From a virus (Duplodnaviria > Caudoviricetes): DNA of 26,381 nt. The notes under the pieces are model-generated. The model ran no database searches and was not told the origin of the DNA. It saw only the letters and a program-made list of their open reading frames with translations. Both the position numbers and the translations under genes were made by a program. Below are positions 16,099 to 22,894 of the stretch, piece by piece. Within the stretch, counting starts at the first letter, position 1; each line of letters starts with the position of its first letter. The DNA lies in the IMG/VR virus record IMGVR_UViG_3300012667_000240, positions 1 to 26,381 of that record, one strand, 5' to 3'.

Positions 16099-16239
16099 AT
16101 TGTTTTAAGAGATGAGTAACATCCATTACCTGAGTAAGTCAAAGCTCAGTAACCAATGACTACACTTGCATCACATCAATGCTTGGAACGAGCAATTACT
16201 CTTTTAAGAGTGAGGCAGTTTGTTTTTCTTGGGGGAGCT

Positions 16240-16293
16240 TTTTCTTTTCTTTCTTTTTCTTTTTACCTTTTTTCTTTTTCTTTCTTTTCTTTT
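16240..16293. repeat. Perfect homopyrimidine mirror repeat (25 nt arms, 4 nt spacer), H-DNA/triplex-forming type
   Basis: T4CT4CT3CT5CT5 - ACCT - T5CT5CT3CT4CT4, read directly from the sequence. Confidence 0.9.
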
Positions 16294-16297
16294 GTTT

Positions 16298-16771
16298 ATG
16301 ATTAAATCTACTGCTAACAATAAGCTAAGAGCTGCTAAGAAGCAGATATTTAGTATACTGCTAAAGCAATATGCTATTAAAGTTAAACCTGGTATAAAGC
16401 AGAAGGTTTATCTTAAAGAGTTCTTATCTTTAAATAATTTGACTGCTCCAACAAATAATAAACTAAATGAGTACATTATAGAATTATTTGATAGTGCTGA
16501 TTTTGATGTGATAGGTGCTAACTATGATAGAAATTATAGCCCATCTGATTTAAAGAAATTGAGGGTGCGATTAGTAAAAATGTATGGAGAAAAATGCATG
16601 TGCTGCAATTCAACTGAGCGCATATCAGTAGACCATATTAAACCTTATTCATTGTACAAAGAATTATCTTTAGATTTGGATAACTTACAACTACTATGTA
16701 AGTCATGTAACAGTAAGAAGTCTAATAGGCATTCTACTGATTACAGGCCATTAACTAAAGCTAAAAGCTAA
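16298..16771 (+). CDS. HNH endonuclease
   Basis: CMCC...VDHIKP...LDNLQLLCKSCNSKK; ATG 16298 preferred over TTG 16220. Confidence 0.85.
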   Translation: MIKSTANNKLRAAKKQIFSILLKQYAIKVKPGIKQKVYLKEFLSLNNLTAPTNNKLNEYIIELFDSADFDVIGANYDRNYSPSDLKKLRVRLVKMYGEKCMCCNSTERISVDHIKPYSLYKELSLDLDNLQLLCKSCNSKKSNRHSTDYRPLTKAKS

Positions 16772-16808
16772 TTACACTAATAGTTATAACTAATAAAGAT
16801 TAATATAA

Positions 16809-16958
16809 ATGAGTGACAATAACTATAACTTTTTAAAAGCTCAAGTAAAAGCATTTCATCCTAACTGGACTGAAGAGCAAGTTAACAAAGAATGTGAGCG
16901 CATCTTAAATGATGGTGAGGGTGGAGAGGATGAGAGCTGCCTTTATTGTGGATCGTAA
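16809..16958 (+). CDS. 49 aa acidic microprotein ending CxxCGS (not in ORF track)
   Basis: MSDNNYNFLKAQVKAFHPNWTEEQVNKECERILNDGEGGEDESCLYCGS*; A-rich leader. Confidence 0.65.
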   Translation: MSDNNYNFLKAQVKAFHPNWTEEQVNKECERILNDGEGGEDESCLYCGS

Positions 16959-16997
16959 TCCAAAATTATTGTAGTTTTTTTCGATTGTAATCCAAAA
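16951..16997. repeat. 15 bp imperfect direct repeat
   Basis: GATCGTAATCCAAAA (16951-16965) and GATTGTAATCCAAAA (16983-16997). Confidence 0.6.
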
Positions 16998-16999
16998 AT

Positions 17000-17353
17000 A
17001 TGATATTAATACCAGCACAACTTGAAAGCGTAGGCACAAGAAAAGATAAGACTCTTAAGCTTACCTTTGGTACTAATGAGCTTTCACCGGCACAAGCTGC
17101 TGAACTGTTCGGTACAGCCAATCAGTTCGGTTATCTTGCATTTAAAGATGAGAGCTTTAGACGTGAGGAGTTAGATGCAGTAGAATCGCTTAAATCAGAG
17201 TTAGAAGATACACTTAAGAAACCATCACAACGGCTACGCGGTATAATGTTTAGAGTTTATGAGGTTGATTCAGAGGGATTTACTACATTTGCTAAATACT
17301 ATGACAGTAAGATGGAGCAGTTAATAACACACTTTAAGAATAAGTTAGCATGA
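17000..17353 (+). CDS. Hypothetical phage protein
   Basis: TRKDKTLKLTFGTNEL...KPSQRLRG...YYDSKME; coupled to TerS. Confidence 0.65.
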   Translation: MILIPAQLESVGTRKDKTLKLTFGTNELSPAQAAELFGTANQFGYLAFKDESFRREELDAVESLKSELEDTLKKPSQRLRGIMFRVYEVDSEGFTTFAKYYDSKMEQLITHFKNKLA

Positions 17354-17793
17354 GTGCCAAGGTCGGAAGTAAAACAGAGCCAAACTCGGAAGGAGATAAC
17401 TTACAAAGTCTTACCATTAAAAAGGCTGCTATGTATGAGGCACTTACAAAGAACTTAGGCAACGTAACTAAGTCAGCTGAGGATATCGGAATACATAGAC
17501 AGACGCATTACGATTGGATGAATGATGATCCTGAATACAAGGCAGCGGTAGACTCACTTAAAAACGTAGCACTTGACTTCGCAGAGGAGCAGTTACGCAA
17601 GCTGATGGAAGGAGCAGAGCGCCAAGCCTTAACGCACGATGGTGAGGTAGTAACTATTAAAGATGCACCTAATACATCAGCTGTTATCTTCTACCTTAAG
17701 ACGCAAGGTAAGCAGAGAGGGTATATCGAAAGGCAAGAGCTGAGCACAGAGATAAAGAGCATTAACATAACTATAGACGGTACAAATATTTAA
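17350..17793 (+). CDS. terS: Terminase small subunit
   Basis: N-terminal HTH (GNVTKSAEDIGIHRQTHYDW..DDPEY) and AVIFYLKTQGKQRGY.ERQE motif. Confidence 0.7.
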   Translation: MSAKVGSKTEPNSEGDNLQSLTIKKAAMYEALTKNLGNVTKSAEDIGIHRQTHYDWMNDDPEYKAAVDSLKNVALDFAEEQLRKLMEGAERQALTHDGEVVTIKDAPNTSAVIFYLKTQGKQRGYIERQELSTEIKSINITIDGTNI

Positions 17794-17796
17794 GCT

Positions 17797-18006
17797 ATGA
17801 CACCAGAATATAAAGCTCAAGAGCTATTTGATAAGTATTGGAAATATCTAAGGGCTAATTTACTTTATGATGAAGAAGCTAAAGAAGACGCAAAACAATG
17901 TGTTATTATAATGGCAGATAGTATTTTAACAAATTCAACAAAATTATTATCTTTTGAAGATATTTATTTTTGGAATGAAGTAAAGAAAGAAATAGAAAAG
18001 CTATGA
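17797..18006 (+). CDS. AT-rich hypothetical protein (moron-like insert)
   Basis: MTPEYKAQEL...AKQC...FWNEVKKEIEKL; flanked by AAGCTATGA direct repeats. Confidence 0.65.
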   Translation: MTPEYKAQELFDKYWKYLRANLLYDEEAKEDAKQCVIIMADSILTNSTKLLSFEDIYFWNEVKKEIEKL

Positions 18007-18587
18007 GCGACAAGATAATAAGCACTAAGTATTCAGACCAAACGCTCGGCACTTACGTAGACTTTATGGCTGCAGGTGAAGATACTGTTTCTCAGATTCA
18101 AGCTATCACAGGGCTAAAGCGAGACGATATCAGGAAGATAGACATGGCTACAATCGAGAAGATAGTGAGTGCCTATGCTAATGGATTAAAGAATGATGAG
18201 AAGGTATTTAAGCAGTTCATAGAGATAGATGGTATTAAGTTTGGCTTTCATCCTAACCTAAAGAGCATGACGTTTGGAGAGTGGTTAGATCTATCAGAGC
18301 TGAGTAAGAACTTCCCTCACCAACTGCCTGAGCTCATGTGCATCCTCTATAGACCTGTTACGGCTGAGATTAATATGCAGTACAAGATAGAGGAGTATGA
18401 CAGTGATGTGCACCTTAAGTACGCACCTCAAATGAGGAAGATGAACTTAGCTAATGTGAATGCTGCGCTGCTTTTTTTTTCGACACTCAGAAACGATTTA
18501 GTGAACAATACACCCGAATATTTAGAGAAGGAGCTGGAGAAGCTGAAGAGGGAGATCAGTCAGTTAGCAGACGAGGTGAAACATTAG
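18003..18587 (+). CDS. Tail assembly chaperone (gpG-like, unshifted product)
   Basis: FGFHPNL..MTFGEWLDL...LMCILYRP motif; T9 slippery run at LLFFS. Confidence 0.6.
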   Translation: MSDKIISTKYSDQTLGTYVDFMAAGEDTVSQIQAITGLKRDDIRKIDMATIEKIVSAYANGLKNDEKVFKQFIEIDGIKFGFHPNLKSMTFGEWLDLSELSKNFPHQLPELMCILYRPVTAEINMQYKIEEYDSDVHLKYAPQMRKMNLANVNAALLFFSTLRNDLVNNTPEYLEKELEKLKREISQLADEVKH

Positions 18588-18742
18588 CAAGTGTTTATCA
18601 GTGGTGGCATGTGATAGAGGAGATGGCTGAGCGAGATATAACTAAATTTGATGCCATCACTAACACAAGAGCTTCAACAATCTTCACCCATTTAACCTAC
18701 GCGATGGACTACGCTAACAGCATGCAACAAAAGCTCACTTAA
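18473..18742 (+). CDS. -1 frameshift extension of tail chaperone (gpGT-like; not in ORF track)
   Basis: The -1 frame is open from T_TTT_TTT/T_TTT_TTC to TAA 18740-18742: FDTQKRFSEQY...YQWWHVIEEMAERDITKFDAIT...QKLT*. Confidence 0.7.
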   Translation, partial: FFFDTQKRFSEQYTRIFREGAGEAEEGDQSVSRRGETLASVYQWWHVIEEMAERDITKFDAITNTRASTIFTHLTYAMDYANSMQQKLT

Positions 18743-18757
18743 TTTCCACTATAAGAT

Positions 18758-20578
18758 ATGAGCACAATTAACTACACATACAACGTAATAGTAGATAGGT
18801 TTAGACAGTTCGCAGCAGGGCATTTCCAACTGCGTAGGTTTACGCATGGTGAGATTAGCCAAGCCGATTTAGAGAAAGAGGCAGAGTGGCCATGGCTGCA
18901 CGTTAAGCCTCGCGCTATTAACTATTCGCCAGGTACTCGCAGCTTCAGCTTTGAGATATTCATTTCAGACCTTCCTCGCGATAAGGAAGATAAGACAGGC
19001 TATCAGGCTGAGTCTATTACTGACTGCTCATTAATCTTCCAAGACTTAATTAACGAGATTTATTTGGGCAATATGTTTGGGGATCAGGTGGTGCTTAGCA
19101 GGCCTGTTAACTCTGAGCCATTTGTTGAGCAGTATACTCACACCTTAACGGGTGTAACAGGAATTGTTGAGCTTAACTTAGATTACGATTGGTCAGCATG
19201 CAGCATTCCTGCAAGCTGGAACTATAACACTCCTACTGATTCGCCCTCAGATGGATGGGGAGCACTTCAATTTATTGAGAGCTTAGATCAGAATGGGGTA
19301 TTCGTTAGCTTGCTTAATGACGAGGAAGCACCGGGCAATAGTTACTACTATGGTACTAATGCTGAGGGAGTAAAAGGATGGTATGCTATAGTGGATAACA
19401 TCGGTCTTACTTGTGAAACTTTACCTGAATGCGCTACCATTATCTCTATAGTAGATGACATTTCAAGCCTTCAGTCTGACATGCTGCTTAAGGCTAATAC
19501 AGCAGATTTAGGAGTAGTAGCATTTAGCAACGATTATAATGACTTAGACAACAAGCCTACTATCCCTGCTGCTCAGATTCAGAGTGATTGGACTCAGGCT
19601 AACAACGCAGCTTTAGACTTCATTAAGAATAAGCCAACGATACCAGCAGCGCAAGTTAATTCAGATTGGAACGCAACGAGCGGAGTAGCTGAGATACTTA
19701 ACAAGCCTACCATTCCATCTATCGCAGGCTTAGTACCTGAAACGCGAACGCTGACCATTAACGGCACAACGCAAGACTTAAGCGCCAACAGAACATTCAC
19801 GATCGCGACAGGCTTAACCGTAGGCACTACACCAATAACAAGCGGAACGGTAGGGAGAGTGTTGTTTGAAGGGACAGGCAATGTGTTGCAGGAATCAGCG
19901 AACTTCTTTTGGGACAATACGAATGCAAGGTTAGGTATTGGTACGGCTTCGCCAACATTTAGATTGGAAGTACAAGGTGGTGATGTTCGATTTTCGAATG
20001 CTTTAACAATAGGAACTGCTGGTGGAACTGGATTTCAATTTAGTAGTAATACTATCACAACTATTCAAAATGGTTTTTTAACTATTGATACTGCAAGTGG
20101 AAGACATTTTAATATCACAAATGCTGCTATTTCTTCATATTATTTCAGAGTCGCTCCAACAACTGGAAATGTTCTCATCGGCACAACAACAGACGCAGGC
20201 TATAAGCTCGATGTGAATGGGACGGCTCGTATAAGTGGAACATCACTTACATTAAGTGCAAATAATCCGCAAATAATTTGGAATACTGGAGCATTTGGAT
20301 TATATAATGGAACAACAAGATTAATGCGTGTTGATTATCTTGGTTCTTATCAATTGCAACAAAGTTTAATCGTTGCAGCATCTTCTGGAACTGCTATTAA
20401 TGCTTCAGCAATTTTAGAAGCGAATAGCACAACACTTGGCTTTTTACCTCCTCGCATGACCACAACGCAAAAGAATGCAATTGCTTCACCAGCGGCAGGG
20501 TTGGTAGTTTACGATACAACTTTGGGTAAACTTTGTGTAAGAGGAGCAGCAGCGTGGGAAACAATAACTTCAGTATAA
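18758..20578 (+). CDS. Tail completion/terminator-like domain fused to tail fibre/receptor-binding region
   Basis: N-terminal ~150 aa alpha/beta domain, then NKPTIP repeats and the fibre motifs RLGIGTASP, GNVLIGTTTDAGYKLDVNG and GFLPPRMTTTQ. Confidence 0.65.
   Translation: MSTINYTYNVIVDRFRQFAAGHFQLRRFTHGEISQADLEKEAEWPWLHVKPRAINYSPGTRSFSFEIFISDLPRDKEDKTGYQAESITDCSLIFQDLINEIYLGNMFGDQVVLSRPVNSEPFVEQYTHTLTGVTGIVELNLDYDWSACSIPASWNYNTPTDSPSDGWGALQFIESLDQNGVFVSLLNDEEAPGNSYYYGTNAEGVKGWYAIVDNIGLTCETLPECATIISIVDDISSLQSDMLLKANTADLGVVAFSNDYNDLDNKPTIPAAQIQSDWTQANNAALDFIKNKPTIPAAQVNSDWNATSGVAEILNKPTIPSIAGLVPETRTLTINGTTQDLSANRTFTIATGLTVGTTPITSGTVGRVLFEGTGNVLQESANFFWDNTNARLGIGTASPTFRLEVQGGDVRFSNALTIGTAGGTGFQFSSNTITTIQNGFLTIDTASGRHFNITNAAISSYYFRVAPTTGNVLIGTTTDAGYKLDVNGTARISGTSLTLSANNPQIIWNTGAFGLYNGTTRLMRVDYLGSYQLQQSLIVAASSGTAINASAILEANSTTLGFLPPRMTTTQKNAIASPAAGLVVYDTTLGKLCVRGAAAWETITSV
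19550..19717 (+). repeat. Three NKPTIP protein repeats (two followed by AAQxxSDW) in fibre shaft
   Basis: NKPTIPAAQIQSDW, NKPTIPAAQVNSDW, NKPTIP. Confidence 0.8.
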
Positions 20579-20596
20579 TAAATAAATATAAATACA

Positions 20597-20866
20597 ATGG
20601 CTAAAATACAACCAATAGTCTTTCCTTTAAATCAAGGAACAGCAACCGAGATGACAGTTCTAATCTTGAACTTCGAAACATCTGCAACAACTTGCACTAC
20701 CTACTACGAGTTAAAATCTGAGGCTACTGAGGAAGTGCCTTCAAAGGTTTTAAGCAATGGAAATTACACATTGACCGAGCAAGAGTTCGCAGCGTGGGGT
20801 GAAGATAATTCGTGGGTGGAGCAATGCGTGGCTAACGCGATAGGAGTAACAATTTTATCTTTCTAA
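20597..20866 (+). CDS. Small fibre-associated protein (tail fibre chaperone-like)
   Basis: 89 aa directly after the fibre gene; GNYTLT...AAWG.DN motif. Confidence 0.55.
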   Translation: MAKIQPIVFPLNQGTATEMTVLILNFETSATTCTTYYELKSEATEEVPSKVLSNGNYTLTEQEFAAWGEDNSWVEQCVANAIGVTILSF

Positions 20867-20868
20867 AC

Positions 20869-20991
20869 ATGAACTTAACAGAGGAACATTTGAAGCAACT
20901 TGACGCTTTCATCCAAGAGATGCCTGTCAAATTTGGCTTACCATTAATCCAATTCTTTAACAAGATAAAAGAGGAAGCTGAAAAGGAATGA
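20869..20991 (+). CDS. 40 aa hypothetical protein (not in ORF track)
   Basis: MNLTEEHLKQLDAFIQEMPVKFGLPLIQFFNKIKEEAEKE*; ATGA-coupled to the next gene. Confidence 0.6.
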   Translation: MNLTEEHLKQLDAFIQEMPVKFGLPLIQFFNKIKEEAEKE

Positions 20992-21611
20992 GCATACTTG
21001 CTGAGCTATTTGAACAGGGAGCGCTTTACGATGTGCTTTTAGATTTCGGAGAATCCGTTACTGATCGCGCACGCTCTAACATTCGCATTCAGCAGACAAG
21101 ATACGGCAAGAGGCGCAGAGCCAACACTACAGGTACGCTTGCAGCTTCATTGTATTACGACATGGATGTAACCGGTACTACTCCATCTATCTCATTCAAC
21201 TCATCAGCTGACTACGCTAAGTGGGTGGAATACGGAAGGCAAGGTAAGGAGAGTAATTATAAGGGAATAGATACACGCTTCGCAGCCAGCGCAGCTAAGC
21301 CTCCTGTGGATGCTATTCTTAATTGGATGAATCTAAAGAAGATTAAGTTACGCAGCATAGGTGAGACAGGGCGCAGAACTAAGTTCGCTAAGAGCTCAAT
21401 AAACAAAGATGAAAAGCAACGATTAGCAGTAGCTACTGCTATGGCTAAGAGCATTGAAAAGAAAGGTATTGCTCCGCTCTACTATTGGAGAGATGCATAT
21501 CTTGAAACATTACCTGAATATGGAGCGCAGCTTAACGAAGCAATGGGGGATGCGGTGTATATCTACATCTTAAATCAAACAAGAAAACTAACTAATATTA
21601 AACCTGTCTAA
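20988..21611 (+). CDS. Neck/tail completion protein (HK97 gp10-like)
   Basis: TGTLAASL, DYAKWVEYGR and GIAPLYYW motifs; basic. Confidence 0.65.
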   Translation: MSILAELFEQGALYDVLLDFGESVTDRARSNIRIQQTRYGKRRRANTTGTLAASLYYDMDVTGTTPSISFNSSADYAKWVEYGRQGKESNYKGIDTRFAASAAKPPVDAILNWMNLKKIKLRSIGETGRRTKFAKSSINKDEKQRLAVATAMAKSIEKKGIAPLYYWRDAYLETLPEYGAQLNEAMGDAVYIYILNQTRKLTNIKPV

Positions 21612-21613
21612 TA

Positions 21614-22894
21614 ATGGCAATAACAATACATCAGCAGCCATACGTATTCACTGCGCTTAAGCAGAAGCTTATCGTAGTGGCTACATCTTCAAACATAGGA
21701 CAGCCTGGCTTTCGCTATGTGATAACTGTTAGCAATGGCACTACTTCTAATGTCTTTTACGTGCAGCCTAACATCAATGGCGCTTTAGTGTTTGACCTTA
21801 ACCCTGTAGTAAGTTCTGCAATGGATTTGGGAGTAAATAGCACTGACTCAGTTCCTTCATTATTTGCATCTATAACGGTGCAAGATGCGGATACATCGCG
21901 TAATGTTTTAGGCATTAGCACAATTATTCAAGAAGGTTATGAGGTGCTTGGTGTGTTCACTGTGCAAGCTACTGAGTACCCATTAGATGGCAGCGCTTTA
22001 ATCAATGCAGCGTTTCAGATTAGTGACGGCTTTAATCCTAATCCAGCTACTCACTTTGCACTTACATCAGGCACAAGCTACATTATGAGTGACTTAGTAC
22101 GTAGCACCTATGCAATGGATGACGTATTAACTCAGTATAGCTTAGGCGCTAATACCATAGGCATAACAGGATATAATGATGACTGGGGAGTGCTTACTCT
22201 TCCTGCTGATGACGGCACGGGATTAACAGGTAATGCAATAGACGAAGTTCAGATAGTGCAATTCAATGCAGCAGGCTCACCTGTTCAGACCGACACTTTA
22301 GCGTGTGTAATTGCGGCAGGAACAATTAACCATCTTCCTCTCTTACCGGCTAACATCAATGACATCTTCGGATTAGATAGCACATGGCATCATTACCTAA
22401 TTAACTTTAAGACATCATTAGGCGCAGCATGTGCACGATCCATAGCTGTATTCAAGGCAGCAGACGAATGCAGATTCGATAAGGTAAGATTAGGTTGGAC
22501 AAATAGCAGAGGCGGATGGGATTACTTCAACTTTACTAAACGCTCTGAGGAAAGTTACTCAGTGGAGCGCAAGAGATATAGAAAAGTAGTGGGTAACTAC
22601 GGCACAGCAGATGAAACTACAGCGTTCGGCTTTAACACTTATGATAGAGGGTTAACCGAGCGCAGCCCATTTGTTGAGAAGATGATGCGTATACGCACTG
22701 ACTATTTAACTGAAGGGCAGTTTGAATATCTTAAGAATCTTATTTACTCCGAATCGGTTTACATGATTGGAGCAGATGGAAGCGCTACACCAGTAGTAAT
22801 TGAATCTAATAACTACGTAGCAATCAAGACTCGAAGTTACGCAAAAACAGACTTAGAATTGACATTGAAATTTAGCAACGATTACACAGCATGA
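21614..22894 (+). CDS. Tail structural protein (distal tail/baseplate-like)
   Basis: Beta-rich; C-terminal W.NSRGGWDYFNF...YLKNLIYSE.VY motif typical of Bacteroidota siphovirus tail genes. Confidence 0.6.
   Translation: MAITIHQQPYVFTALKQKLIVVATSSNIGQPGFRYVITVSNGTTSNVFYVQPNINGALVFDLNPVVSSAMDLGVNSTDSVPSLFASITVQDADTSRNVLGISTIIQEGYEVLGVFTVQATEYPLDGSALINAAFQISDGFNPNPATHFALTSGTSYIMSDLVRSTYAMDDVLTQYSLGANTIGITGYNDDWGVLTLPADDGTGLTGNAIDEVQIVQFNAAGSPVQTDTLACVIAAGTINHLPLLPANINDIFGLDSTWHHYLINFKTSLGAACARSIAVFKAADECRFDKVRLGWTNSRGGWDYFNFTKRSEESYSVERKRYRKVVGNYGTADETTAFGFNTYDRGLTERSPFVEKMMRIRTDYLTEGQFEYLKNLIYSESVYMIGADGSATPVVIESNNYVAIKTRSYAKTDLELTLKFSNDYTA

Noticed and set aside
16220-16297. Phe-rich N-terminal extension of the HNH ORF that looks like a TM/signal segment
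   Set aside because: It is the translation of the pyrimidine mirror repeat from a TTG; ATG 16298 is the plausible start.
11565-18757. TTCCACTA..ATAAGA at ~11565 and ~18744 as a phage-sigma late promoter
   Set aside because: Only two instances with different spacing, and one lies upstream of a terminator; insufficient support.
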